This document shows, in pieces, positions 48,109 through 58,031 of a DNA stretch of 64,000 bases. The notes beneath the pieces were generated by a model. It saw only the letters and a list, made by a program, of their open reading frames with translations, had not been told where the DNA came from and made no database searches. Position numbers and translations under genes: made by a program. The DNA lies in the NCBI GenBank assembly GCA_963765125.1, contig CAVXUZ010000005.1, forward strand, positions 97,596 through 161,595, read 5' to 3'. The DNA comes from an uncultured candidate division WWE3 bacterium. Lineage in GTDB: Bacteria; Patescibacteriota; WWE3; UBA101185; UBA10185. Position 1 is the stretch's first letter, and each line of letters opens with the position of its first letter.

Positions 48109-49380
48109 TTACGTAGTAACTAATGCTCTATTATAGATATTTTTTATATCGACTGTTGCGTTACCGATAATTGTGATTTTTGGCATCTGTGTAGATAAAT
48201 AACGAAATATATCAAAAAGACTTTCTGGTGACGTATTTCTTAGTATGTCAATTTCATTTATATGTGAGAAAACGGTACTTTGATATAAAAATAGTTCTGA
48301 GTAGTGATCAGCTCTCAATGAAGTCTTCTCAAGACTAAAAATAAAATCATTAATTATCCTTAATTTTATTTGTTCCAGCTCGTATGCATTAACTTTTTGT
48401 TCACTTAAAAAGTTGAGCGTGTAAAAAAATATATTTAAAAATTCTTTTAAAGAGATATCTGGAATTTCAGTGTAAAGACCGAGTAATCCATATGAAAAAG
48501 ATGAGAAAGACGCGATGTCCAATATGTAAGGCGCTGTTTGCGTGTATTTTCCTAGGTTATATAAAAGCATTTCTTTTAATACAGCTGCTCCTATAATCGC
48601 GTTGTAGTGGGCTAGACTAGATGATGGGTAGCCGTGATAATCAATTTTTAAGTGACATAGCTTAGAGTTTGCTCTTTTCTCAAATTGTGTAGCAAAATCT
48701 TTATTTTGCTTGTGCGTTAGGATAGTTATCGGTGTAGCTTGAATATCAACTTGTTTTTGAAAATATAACTTAGTCAGTGATTTGATGTTTGAGGTTTTAA
48801 CGTTGCCACAGATTGTTAATACAAAATTGTTTGGTGAATAAAGTCGTTTCTTAAAATTTACCAACTTCTCTATAGTAATATTATCTACGTCACTAACATC
48901 TCCGGTATTGTATTTACTAAATCTTTGGTTTGGATAAAGAATTTTGTATGCTATTCGCCCAATATGTTTTCTTACGTCTTCCCTATTTTGATCGATTTCA
49001 CACTTAATTATTTTCTTTAACCTATCAAGAGAATTTGCATCAAAATTCAGGTTATAAAATAGTTCAGAGAGAAATTCTAACCCAATTTCAACATTATTTT
49101 TTAAAACTTTAACAAAAAAAGCTACGTCGTCTCGACTTGTTGTGCCGGTAATTTTTCCACCGACTTTGGTTACTAGGTGTTTTAGTTCATCATTTGGGTA
49201 TTTTTGTGAGCCACAAAAAGATATGTGCTCAAGCATATGAGCGACTCCTACTTCGTTATCACTCTCGTAGTTGCTTCCTGCAAGGCCTCTTAGGCAAATA
49301 GTAGCTGATTCTAGGCAATTACTGACTACTATTACACGCAGGCCATTAGGGAGCCTAAAAGTTGAAACATCACCCATCAA
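48109..49380 (-). CDS. M16-family (pitrilysin-like) zinc peptidase
   Basis: HMLEHISFCGS inverted zincin HxxEH motif. Confidence 0.8.
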   Translation of the reverse strand: MMGDVSTFRLPNGLRVIVVSNCLESATICLRGLAGSNYESDNEVGVAHMLEHISFCGSQKYPNDELKHLVTKVGGKITGTTSRDDVAFFVKVLKNNVEIGLEFLSELFYNLNFDANSLDRLKKIIKCEIDQNREDVRKHIGRIAYKILYPNQRFSKYNTGDVSDVDNITIEKLVNFKKRLYSPNNFVLTICGNVKTSNIKSLTKLYFQKQVDIQATPITILTHKQNKDFATQFEKRANSKLCHLKIDYHGYPSSSLAHYNAIIGAAVLKEMLLYNLGKYTQTAPYILDIASFSSFSYGLLGLYTEIPDISLKEFLNIFFYTLNFLSEQKVNAYELEQIKLRIINDFIFSLEKTSLRADHYSELFLYQSTVFSHINEIDILRNTSPESLFDIFRYLSTQMPKITIIGNATVDIKNIYNRALVTT

Positions 49381-49416
49381 AAAATACTAAAAAAAGATTG
49401 TTAAATATGAATTAAA

Positions 49417-49980
49417 TTGTGTTATTATTATTTTATGATTCAGTCCTGCCATTTAAAAAGATTTCTAACGTTTGCAGTATTGTTGGTGATGTTATCACCT
49501 TTTGTTCTAGCAGCCGACCTCTCACTTACTAAAATTGGTAGTCTTTCTACAAATGGAGCAGCATACTCTGAATGGTGGTATACAGGCACTAACCCGGTCA
49601 TTTCTGGTACTGCAGAAGCTGGTGAGGACGTAGAAATTACTGTTGGCAGTGAAAAAGATACTGTAACAGCCGATTCTGCAGGAAATTGGACATACAGCCT
49701 AACAGGTACAGGAGACGTTAAGGTTTCATTAGTATCCGGTGGTGATTCTTACAGCTTCACAATTCATTTAGGTCAAAGCGTACCAACAGGCACCACAAAG
49801 CAAACAACTCCTTCAAAAGAAACAACTACACCAGTTCCAGGAACAGGTTCAACTCAATTGTTTGGTTTAACTGCAGGCCTTTCGATGGTATTGATAGGTT
49901 TGTTTGTCTACATTAGAGCAAAAAAGAACACGAAAGAAGCATACGCAAAAGAAGTGTTAAAAACTGTAGATAAGCTTTAA
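49417..49980 (+). CDS. Secreted Thr/Gly-rich surface protein with C-terminal TM anchor
   Basis: Signal peptide, T/S/G-rich low-complexity region, C-terminal hydrophobic segment plus KKNTKE. Confidence 0.5.
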   Translation: MCYYYFMIQSCHLKRFLTFAVLLVMLSPFVLAADLSLTKIGSLSTNGAAYSEWWYTGTNPVISGTAEAGEDVEITVGSEKDTVTADSAGNWTYSLTGTGDVKVSLVSGGDSYSFTIHLGQSVPTGTTKQTTPSKETTTPVPGTGSTQLFGLTAGLSMVLIGLFVYIRAKKNTKEAYAKEVLKTVDKL

Positions 49981-49991
49981 TTTCACACTAA

Positions 49992-50384
49992 TTAATATTT
50001 TTTTGATATCTCACTAAGGGATTTAATAACGTATGTTTCATTGGCAAGTTTTTCAACTATGCTAGGTTTTACACCGATGTGATCAAATAGATATATTCTT
50101 TTGTTTAGTAATCGTGCGATAAGAAGTTCCATGATCATGCCTCTACTTAAAGCTGCAGAGTCAACGTAGACGTACACCACGTGGCATTCTTTCATATTCA
50201 TATATATTACCGGCAGCATTTTGATTGCACCAAAGTGAATGTGTCGCCACTGTTTGATATCACGCCCTAATACAAATGTTTTATCGCCCCAACTTTCAAC
50301 TATGGCAGATATCTCGCCAAGTTTTTGTTTGAGCTCCTCTTTGTTGCTGTGATTCGTGTATTTATATGAAATAAACACTTTCAT
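49992..50384 (-). CDS. Hypothetical protein, nucleoside-2-deoxyribosyltransferase-like (flavodoxin-like fold)
   Basis: MKVFISY...VYVDSAALSRGMIMELLIARLLNKRIYLF resembles the NDT/Rcl-family C-terminal motif; weak. Confidence 0.3.
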   Translation of the reverse strand: MKVFISYKYTNHSNKEELKQKLGEISAIVESWGDKTFVLGRDIKQWRHIHFGAIKMLPVIYMNMKECHVVYVYVDSAALSRGMIMELLIARLLNKRIYLFDHIGVKPSIVEKLANETYVIKSLSEISKKY

Positions 50385-50433
50385 ATGGATTTAATTAGTA
50401 TTTTACCTGATTTTATTGTGATATCATAATTTC

Positions 50434-50871
50434 GTGAGAGAATTCAGGGGTTTACTTCTTATATTGTTTTCCATTATTGCAGCGCGTTTAATTAGCGAAA
50501 CTTCGTCCTGCAGTCCTGGCGCTGACCAATTTTGCGAAATCGGGTTACTTATTATCGTTCCTTTTATACTCTCTGGCTACTTTGTAGATTCACTTTTTGA
50601 AGAATTAATCTCTTCTGACAGCAAAAAAAATAAAATTATGCATTTAGTTTTTGGGTTACCTTATGTTGCGGTTATGACGTTTTTCGTAATACGTTTTGTA
50701 AGCACCATTACCATAGTAACTGTTGAATACATTGTTTCCGTAAACTTGCTTCTAGCATTTCTAATATTTTTGGTTGTTTACTGGCTTAATACCCACGTTT
50801 TAATTAGAAAACTTAACAAGATCTTTATGATCACTTTCCTTGTTTCGCTGTTAATCTTCCAATTTATATAA
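50434..50871 (+). CDS. Hypothetical membrane protein
   Basis: 145 aa with 4 TM segments. Confidence 0.45.
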   Translation: MREFRGLLLILFSIIAARLISETSSCSPGADQFCEIGLLIIVPFILSGYFVDSLFEELISSDSKKNKIMHLVFGLPYVAVMTFFVIRFVSTITIVTVEYIVSVNLLLAFLIFLVVYWLNTHVLIRKLNKIFMITFLVSLLIFQFI

Positions 50872-50911
50872 AAAGAAAAGCCACGTGGTTAAACGAGGCT
50901 TTTTATAGAAA

Positions 50912-51178
50912 CTAAAGCTTTTTTACAGCTTCTATTGCATTTGTGATTGAGGTGCGGTCTACTTTGACTGATAACTCTTTTGCTTCTGCAAAGGCCTTAT
51001 CTACATCTTTTCTGAGTTCCGCGTAAGGGCACATTTTGTTGAACTGGCTTCTAGACATAGTTTCGCTACCTTGATTTGGGTCCCTTGTTGGCACAGCGAG
51101 CCATCTACCGTCGTTCTGGAGGGCAACAAGCACCCACTTTTTCTTACCTTTTCTCTTTTGGTAAACAATATAAGGCAT
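50912..51178 (-). CDS. Hypothetical protein
   Basis: 88-aa ORF. Confidence 0.35.
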   Translation of the reverse strand: MPYIVYQKRKGKKKWVLVALQNDGRWLAVPTRDPNQGSETMSRSQFNKMCPYAELRKDVDKAFAEAKELSVKVDRTSITNAIEAVKKL

Positions 51179-51304
51179 GTCGGCTCCTTTCTTATTAGTT
51201 TGTTAGTAATATACCAAGAAACTAATCCTATAGCTAGGGCAGCCGACACGATTTTCTGGAAAAATTAGTGGTAACCTATTTTTACAAGCTACCACTAAAT
51301 AAAA

Positions 51305-51433
51305 TTACTTTTTTGATTTTTTAGCTTTTTTTACAGTTTTTCTTTTAGCTGGTTTTTTTGCAACTTTTTTCTTAACGATTTTCTTTGCAACTTTTTTTAC
51401 AGCTTTTTTAACTTTTTTAACTTTCTTTACCAT
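51305..51433 (-). CDS. 42-aa lysine-rich (KKVxKK repeat) histone-H1-like peptide, not in the ORF track
   Basis: AGGAGG RBS 9 nt upstream of the ATG at 51433. Product MVKKVKKVKKAVKKVAKKIVKKKVAKKPAKRKTVKKAKKSKK. Confidence 0.5.
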   Translation of the reverse strand: MVKKVKKVKKAVKKVAKKIVKKKVAKKPAKRKTVKKAKKSKK

Positions 51434-51462
51434 TGACAATCACCTCCTAAAAAATTTATAAA

Positions 51463-51699
51463 TTAATACTCGGGTTCTTCATCCCAATCATCACCAAAAT
51501 CACCGCTTAGATTATCTAGCTCATCAAGTTCGTCATCGTCTAATGTTTCGTCTTTCTTACCACTTGTGTTCGTTGAATCATCTTCAAATTCTTCTTTTAC
51601 TTCTTCATATAGTACCCATTCGTCGTCAGTTACTTCATCCTTTGGTTCCCATGCCGGATCTATCTTTAATTGTTTGATGATTTCATCTCTAGTAAGCAC
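51463..51699 (-). CDS. Highly acidic 78-aa protein
   Basis: The C-terminal half is dominated by D/E (DDELDELDNLSGDFGDDWDEEPEY). Confidence 0.45.
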   Translation of the reverse strand: MLTRDEIIKQLKIDPAWEPKDEVTDDEWVLYEEVKEEFEDDSTNTSGKKDETLDDDELDELDNLSGDFGDDWDEEPEY

Positions 51700-51938
51700 T
51701 CCTATAACACCTCCTCAAAAATATTTAATTTTATAATTTGGAATCTGCACAAAAGTCTACTTACTTCTAAGTAATGAGCAGAAAATATTTTCAAATAAAT
51801 ATAATTAATATATTTCACAATTATTCACTGAAAAAATATGTAATATTTGTGAATAAAATAATTTTCTTACAAATATATTTTAAGTCAATAGTGAATTTAT
51901 TTTTTATTATTATGTAAATTATTGTTAATATTAGAGAG

Positions 51939-54041
51939 ATGCTAAGGCTTATAAAAAGTAAATACAAAATTGCACTAGTTAGTTTTGCAATTCTCTTCGG
52001 AGAGTTGTTATTAATTAGGCTACTTGGTACTGAAGTAAGAATATTTGCGTACGTGCCAAACCTTATACTACTGGCAATATTCGTAGGTTCTGGTATAGGT
52101 ATGATGATTAAAAAGACAATACCTTTGTATCTTACTAACATTGCGTTGGTAATAATCTTAGCGTGTGTATTTTCTGGTTATTTCAAATTAATAACCGACG
52201 TACTCGCTCCAATAAGCGATAGTTTTATATGGTTTACATCATCTCCAAAAACATCAGTAAATATCATATTGGGGTTATTAATGATGATATTTCTATATTT
52301 TATAGTTCTATTTTCTTTTATTCCTCTTGGACAATATCTTGGAAATATATTTAAAGGTACAAATAATACGATACTAGATTATTCTGTTAACGTTCTATTC
52401 TCTCTATTTGGAACATTAGCATTCTCGTTATATTCTTTTTATACAATATCACCGTATGTATCAATACTAGTATTTATGGTGCTAGTCGCGCTGTTAACAG
52501 AAAAAAAATATTTACTTTACGCTATATTACCTATTCTCGTCATCTCTCCAATAATATTAATTAATCAAATAACTGTTAAAGATACTGTGTGGTCTCAATA
52601 TCAAAAATTATCAATTAAAGAATTACCTAATCTTGAACTGTTTCCTTCAGGAAAAATGTTGTCAGTTAATGACGTTGGTTATATGGGCCTGCTAGATTTA
52701 TCAGAAAATTATCAAAATAATCTTCCTGAGAAACTTACGCGTCTTAATGTACCTTTTGATATTGAAACTCTTAAATATAGTAATCAATACGATATACCAT
52801 ATATTTTAAAACCAAACGTTAAAAGGGTACTTATAATTGGTGCAGGAGGTGGAAATGACGCAGCTGGAGCTTTACGTGCAGGTGTAGAGCATATCGATGC
52901 CGTTGAGATTGATCAGCAGATTATAAACTTTGGAAGAAGTCTTCACCCAGAAAAACCTTATGATGATGCACGTGTAAATATTATTGTTGATGATGGGCGC
53001 GCTTTTTTGAGAAGAACGCAGGATAAATATGATTTAGTCATTATGGGACTTGCAGATTCACACACATTAAATTCAAATCTAACTAATATTCAGCTCGACA
53101 ATTACCTTTACACTAAAGAAAGTATTTCTGAGGTTTACAAAGTACTTAACGATGACGGAATGCTTTTTGTTTCTTTTGACGTTCGCGCTCCGTGGATAGG
53201 AAGAAGAATTAGCAAAAACTTTGAATTAGCATTTGGTCATCCCCCACTAGCCTACACGATGCAGACCGACGCACCGATTTATGGTTGGGGCGGTGTATTT
53301 TTTGTCAATCAGAAAAATCACCAAACATTATTGGATAATATTGAAAGTAACAAGACTCTTGCAAAATATTTAAATCAACGTCGTTTGTTTTTTACTGAAC
53401 CAGAAAGGTTTCTTACTGACGATTGGCCGTACTTATACCTACAAAACGCAAAAATACCTGTAATTCATCTTAACGTTTCAATATTGTTGCTAATAGCTTT
53501 AGCAGTATTTATATATAAGCAAAAATTACAAAAAGAGTTTAACGCCACTGCATTTTTACTCGGAGCTGGATTTTTACTATACGAGTTCCAAAATATTGGT
53601 AAAACGTCGTTGTTATACGGTAATACATGGACCACAAACGTAATTACAATCAGTGCTATTCTCACACTTGTTCTGTTAGCTAACCTTTTTGCAGCAAAAA
53701 TAAAAATAGACCAGAGGATTATTTACATATTATTAATTTTAAGTTTTCTATTACAGCTTGCTATTCCTTTAAGTTTTTATAACCAATTCACAACGCTTTT
53801 TAAATATGCAGTCGTACCATTCATTTTGAATCTTCCATTATTCTTTGGTGGAATAATATTTGTAAACATATTTAATAACAGTGAACAAAAAGATAAGTAT
53901 TTTGCAAGTAATCTTATTGGATCTGCAGTGGGTGGTATATTGTCATTTTTATCGTATGCATTTGGAATTCAATCATTGTTGTACATTAGTCTGGCAATGT
54001 ACTTAATAGTTCTATTTATAAATAGAAAATCGTTTAAGTAA
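51939..54041 (+). CDS. Membrane-bound spermidine-synthase-like aminopropyltransferase/methyltransferase
   Basis: N- and C-terminal polytopic membrane domains flank VLIIGAGGGNDAAGAL...DAVEIDQ, a class I SAM-fold (spermidine synthase family). Confidence 0.65.
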   Translation: MLRLIKSKYKIALVSFAILFGELLLIRLLGTEVRIFAYVPNLILLAIFVGSGIGMMIKKTIPLYLTNIALVIILACVFSGYFKLITDVLAPISDSFIWFTSSPKTSVNIILGLLMMIFLYFIVLFSFIPLGQYLGNIFKGTNNTILDYSVNVLFSLFGTLAFSLYSFYTISPYVSILVFMVLVALLTEKKYLLYAILPILVISPIILINQITVKDTVWSQYQKLSIKELPNLELFPSGKMLSVNDVGYMGLLDLSENYQNNLPEKLTRLNVPFDIETLKYSNQYDIPYILKPNVKRVLIIGAGGGNDAAGALRAGVEHIDAVEIDQQIINFGRSLHPEKPYDDARVNIIVDDGRAFLRRTQDKYDLVIMGLADSHTLNSNLTNIQLDNYLYTKESISEVYKVLNDDGMLFVSFDVRAPWIGRRISKNFELAFGHPPLAYTMQTDAPIYGWGGVFFVNQKNHQTLLDNIESNKTLAKYLNQRRLFFTEPERFLTDDWPYLYLQNAKIPVIHLNVSILLLIALAVFIYKQKLQKEFNATAFLLGAGFLLYEFQNIGKTSLLYGNTWTTNVITISAILTLVLLANLFAAKIKIDQRIIYILLILSFLLQLAIPLSFYNQFTTLFKYAVVPFILNLPLFFGGIIFVNIFNNSEQKDKYFASNLIGSAVGGILSFLSYAFGIQSLLYISLAMYLIVLFINRKSFK

Positions 54042-54693
54042 GCTTTCCGTCTGTTAAGCAAAGTATCTTACTGCCCAGTTTTGCATATTCTTTTTCGTGA
54101 GTAACCATTACTATTGTCTGACCCTTTTTATTCAAATCAATTAATACATTTAATACTTTATCTGCGGTTTCTGAATCGAGATTTGCAGTTGGTTCATCAG
54201 CGAAAATTATTTTGGGTTTATCAGCAATTGCACGTGCGATACTTACTCTTTGTTGCTCTCCTCCTGATAATTGGCTTGGTAAGTTATATCGCTTATCAAA
54301 CAGTCCTACACTATCGAGTGCAGCCGCGGCAATATCGTTAGCCTCATTATTACTGTAACCAACCATTAGCAGTGGCACGTAGACGTTTTCGATCGCATCC
54401 ATTGTTGGTATTAGGGCGTAGTCTTGAAAGACATAACCTAGATTTCTAAGCCTGTAGTCGGTCCTCTGACCGTTTTTGAGCGTAGTGACATCTTTATCAT
54501 CAATTAGCACCTTACCCTCCGTAGGATGATCTAGGAGCCCCAGCTGGTATAAAAGAGTACTTTTACCCGATCCTGAGCGTCCTGTAATCGTCACAAAAGC
54601 ACCACTTTTTATATCAAAGCTTACGTGGTCAAGGGCAACTACACGCTTTGTACCTGTAACATATACTCTTGTTAAATCTATTGCTTTAATCAT
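54034..54693 (-). CDS. ABC transporter ATP-binding protein (MacB/LolD-like)
   Basis: GRSGSGKSTLL Walker A, LSGGEQQRVSIARA signature, IFADEPT Walker B. Confidence 0.9.
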   Translation of the reverse strand: MIKAIDLTRVYVTGTKRVVALDHVSFDIKSGAFVTITGRSGSGKSTLLYQLGLLDHPTEGKVLIDDKDVTTLKNGQRTDYRLRNLGYVFQDYALIPTMDAIENVYVPLLMVGYSNNEANDIAAAALDSVGLFDKRYNLPSQLSGGEQQRVSIARAIADKPKIIFADEPTANLDSETADKVLNVLIDLNKKGQTIVMVTHEKEYAKLGSKILCLTDGKLT

Positions 54694-55949
54694 TATCTTC
54701 CTAAAATTGCATCTAGCGTGTTTTGTTTGACTATGTGACGCGCTGGGAGATAACCCGCTATGCCGGTGGTTACTAACATTAATAAACTTCTAACTACAGT
54801 TTCCGAATATTCTGCAACGATGACCCCATCCGAGAACGGAAAATCTATTGGGTTTTCAATAAAGTATGGTACTAAAACACCATATAATAACGGCAAACTA
54901 ACCATAGCGCCAAAAACTACATAGAATAACGCCTGAATAATGTAAGAGAGCTCAATTGCAAATGGCGAAATTCCGATCCCTTTAAGTATCCCAATTTGCT
55001 TTCGTTGTGTAATTGCGTTTACAAAAATAATGATAAAGATTGTGATTGAAGCAACTGCGAGACTTATTGACCCAATAACGTCACCTAATATTGCAAATGT
55101 ATCAACAATGTCGGTTACGAAGCTCGGTTGATATTGGCTTTTTATTTTGATATCCACGTATTTTTGTAAACCAGAGCGTTGAAGTTCGCGTTGAACAGAT
55201 GCGGGTTGTACACCATCTTTTACCCTGATTGCGATCTCGGATGGCTCAAAACTCTCAATTCCTACAAGATCTCTAAAAAGTTCTTCTGACATAATTACTC
55301 TGCCATCAAGTTCATTCACCTTGGATTCGACGATACCTACAATATTCACCCTTCTAGTAACATCACCAACCGTAATTTCTACGCTATCTCCAATATCTAC
55401 ATTGTCTAGATTTTCTAAACCAATTGCCTCAGCTCTGCCATAAGCTGACGAAAGATCAACTCCTAAAACTACTTCATCGCGGGAGCCTGAATTAAAGAAT
55501 CTGCCTGTTTTTATGTTGTTTGAAATATTGACGACTTTTTGTTCGTTTTGGAGGTTTATTCCTAAAATACGGGTATTAATTTGGTTTGGTGTTTCATCGC
55601 TTGGTACTCTCGCATTATAATCTGCTAATACCGTACTACTTGTTAAATAGCGTACAGAAAATGAATCTGCACCTTTGAGATTTCTAACTGCTTCAAGTAT
55701 TTGAGGAACTCTATCCATGTGTTTTTTATTTGTTGGAACCGAAACAAACACGTCGGCGTAGTACTTCTCCTCGTTCGCTTTTATAGCGCCCTCAGGAAGC
55801 CCTACAAGAATTCCTCTGACTACAAGTAGATTTAAAAAGGTAAGTGTCATTACTAATATTATTAGTAAGTTAGATAGCACACCCGACCTTTTTACTCTTG
55901 TCGTTGCAAGCAACCAAGCTACCTTGTAAGAATTCGGGATCTTAAACAT
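54693..55949 (-). CDS. ABC transporter permease (FtsX/MacB-like)
   Basis: 418 aa: N-terminal TM, periplasmic domain, C-terminal FtsX-like 3-TM bundle. ATGA overlap with the ATPase gene. Confidence 0.8.
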   Translation of the reverse strand: MFKIPNSYKVAWLLATTRVKRSGVLSNLLIILVMTLTFLNLLVVRGILVGLPEGAIKANEEKYYADVFVSVPTNKKHMDRVPQILEAVRNLKGADSFSVRYLTSSTVLADYNARVPSDETPNQINTRILGINLQNEQKVVNISNNIKTGRFFNSGSRDEVVLGVDLSSAYGRAEAIGLENLDNVDIGDSVEITVGDVTRRVNIVGIVESKVNELDGRVIMSEELFRDLVGIESFEPSEIAIRVKDGVQPASVQRELQRSGLQKYVDIKIKSQYQPSFVTDIVDTFAILGDVIGSISLAVASITIFIIIFVNAITQRKQIGILKGIGISPFAIELSYIIQALFYVVFGAMVSLPLLYGVLVPYFIENPIDFPFSDGVIVAEYSETVVRSLLMLVTTGIAGYLPARHIVKQNTLDAILGR

Positions 55950-55976
55950 ACTCGAGTATTATACTTGAATATTCGA

Positions 55977-56228
55977 TTAGAAGTCTTTCTTGGGTCTAGC
56001 TTCGTTTACCTTTAACGCTCTACCTTCGACGTCTTTTCCGTCCATCGCGGCCATAGCTTTATCGGCATCAGCATCTTCGAGCTCTACAAAACCAAATCCT
56101 TTTGATCTGTTTGTTGCTCTATCCATGATAACTACTGCAGACAGTACTTCACCAAAGTCGGCAAATAAGGCTGATAAATCATTATCTCTTACGCCGTATG
56201 GTAAATTACCTACATATAATTTTTTCAT
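55977..56228 (-). CDS. RNA-binding protein (RRM domain)
   Basis: LYVGNLPYGV (RNP2) and KGFGFVE (RNP1). Confidence 0.8.
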   Translation of the reverse strand: MKKLYVGNLPYGVRDNDLSALFADFGEVLSAVVIMDRATNRSKGFGFVELEDADADKAMAAMDGKDVEGRALKVNEARPKKDF

Positions 56229-56361
56229 TTGAATTGAACACCTCCTTCATTAACTGTGTCTAATGAAAGAAGCGAAAAAGAGTCAGTCATTAAATCACAA
56301 AATTTACAAGACGAATTATAGCACTATTTATTGATTTTGTATGGTGAAGTTGCAAATCTTG

Positions 56362-57528
56362 CTAAACCCCAAACATATAGAGTTCTGACTCTGCCCTTGT
56401 TACCGCGGTGTAGAGCCATCTCCTCCATTCGTCGTCTGTCATTTTCTTAAATCTTTCCTCAAAAAGAACTACTCTTTTTGCCTGACTTCCTTGCGCTTTG
56501 TGCACTGTGAGCGCATATCCGTAATCAAAAAGATCTCCCTTTAAAGCTAGAGCACGATCTTGTGTAAAATTAATTCCAATTGGTGCGCCAAACTGTGGTC
56601 CATAAATTAGTCCGCGATATAATGCGTTTGTATCGTCCATTAGTATTTCTGCTTTGTACCAATCTGTCTCTTCAGGTTCTAATGCTTTTATTGTTCCAAG
56701 CATTCCGTTGTAAACTCCCTTCTTATTATTATTTCGTAAACAGATTGCCCTATCCCCTACCTGTGGTTCAGGCAAATCAAAACCAATAGAGTTTCTGATA
56801 AATTGATTTATTTTATTTCTGGTTGAGTTGTACCCGCATAAAATAAGCATTTCTCTGGAATAGTTTTCAAGCAGGTCCGTACTCATATAGGAGAAATCCT
56901 GATCTTCGGAAGAGTATTTAATAATATTTGCCCCGTATGTGTTTGCAGGTATTACACCATCTTCCCGCGCTAAAATCGAAACTTTTATAATGGGGTTATC
57001 TTTGGCTTGACGATGTATTTGCTCAAGTTTGATATGTGGTTTTTCCATAAGATTAAATGAACCTTTTATGGGTGGTAGCTGGCCATGATCACCAACCGCA
57101 AGAATCGGAATATTAAAGGAGAGTAAATCATGCCAGATATTTGCATCAATCATTGACGCCTCGTCCACAATGATTAAGTCGGCTTCAACTAGGTCTTTTT
57201 TAGCCCAACCGATTATTACACCCTGCGCGTTCTCAATTGGGTCATATATCAACCCGTGGATGGTACTCACAGTATCGCGCCACGACAACGCTTTATGTTG
57301 CTCAAGACGATTTTTGAGGTTTTGAGTAGCACGGCCTGTATAACTACAAAATGCCACTTTAAGCTTTTTATCTCTTATATCGTCGATTCTTTGTTTTATG
57401 ATGGAAATTAGAGTTGTTTTACCTGTACCTGCGTAACCTCCTAAAGTAATAAATTGAGTATTTTTATCAAAAAGAAACCACTTCAGTATTTTTTTAGCTG
57501 CGCTTTGCTGATCTTTAGAAAGTTCCAC
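56362..57528 (-). CDS. RecD/Pif1-like SF1 DNA helicase
   Basis: GGYAGTGKTT Walker A, AVGDHGQLPP, C-terminal LTVHKAQGSQ (motif VI). Confidence 0.75.
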   Translation of the reverse strand: MELSKDQQSAAKKILKWFLFDKNTQFITLGGYAGTGKTTLISIIKQRIDDIRDKKLKVAFCSYTGRATQNLKNRLEQHKALSWRDTVSTIHGLIYDPIENAQGVIIGWAKKDLVEADLIIVDEASMIDANIWHDLLSFNIPILAVGDHGQLPPIKGSFNLMEKPHIKLEQIHRQAKDNPIIKVSILAREDGVIPANTYGANIIKYSSEDQDFSYMSTDLLENYSREMLILCGYNSTRNKINQFIRNSIGFDLPEPQVGDRAICLRNNNKKGVYNGMLGTIKALEPEETDWYKAEILMDDTNALYRGLIYGPQFGAPIGINFTQDRALALKGDLFDYGYALTVHKAQGSQAKRVVLFEERFKKMTDDEWRRWLYTAVTRAESELYMFGV

Positions 57529-57550
57529 GTTCTAATTCTATACGATATTT

Positions 57551-57952
57551 TTACTCAGTAGTAATTCCGTCAAACTCTTCATCTGCAGACATTGCTTGTT
57601 CCTTTGTAACATGAACAGTGCCGTCTTTATGATGAGAAGGCGAATAAATCGTGTAAAGTTTTAATGGTTCAATGGCGGATTTGTTTATAATGTTGTGTTG
57701 AGCGCCCGCTGGGACAATAATTGCGTCGCCGTCATGAACATCGTAAGTTGTTTCATTAATTACAACCTCACCCTCGCCGCTTTCAAATCTAAAAAACTGG
57801 TCAGTGTCTTCGTGCACCTCCATACCGATATCTTCATTGGGGTTAAGTGACATTAGTACTAACTGGCTGTAGACGCCTGTGTATAGTACTTTTCTAAAAT
57901 TAGTATTATCTAACGTTGATTTTTCTATATTTTGATTAAATCCTTTTTTCAT
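57551..57952 (-). CDS. Cupin-domain protein
   Basis: 133 aa; cupin motifs G(X)5HXH-like (GMEVHEDTDQ...) and a second His. Confidence 0.55.
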   Translation of the reverse strand: MKKGFNQNIEKSTLDNTNFRKVLYTGVYSQLVLMSLNPNEDIGMEVHEDTDQFFRFESGEGEVVINETTYDVHDGDAIIVPAGAQHNIINKSAIEPLKLYTIYSPSHHKDGTVHVTKEQAMSADEEFDGITTE

Positions 57953-57972
57953 AGCTTTATTCTAACAGAAAT

Positions 57973-58003
57973 AAAAAAAGACCCCAATTTTTTTATTGGG
58001 GTC
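57973..58003 (-). terminator. Rho-independent terminator (GACCCCAAT...ATTGGGGTC)
   Basis: 9-bp perfect stem with a U7 run on the minus strand, downstream of 58032 gene. Confidence 0.7.
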
Positions 58004-58031
58004 TAGTTACTTACTTGATCATTTCAGAAGG

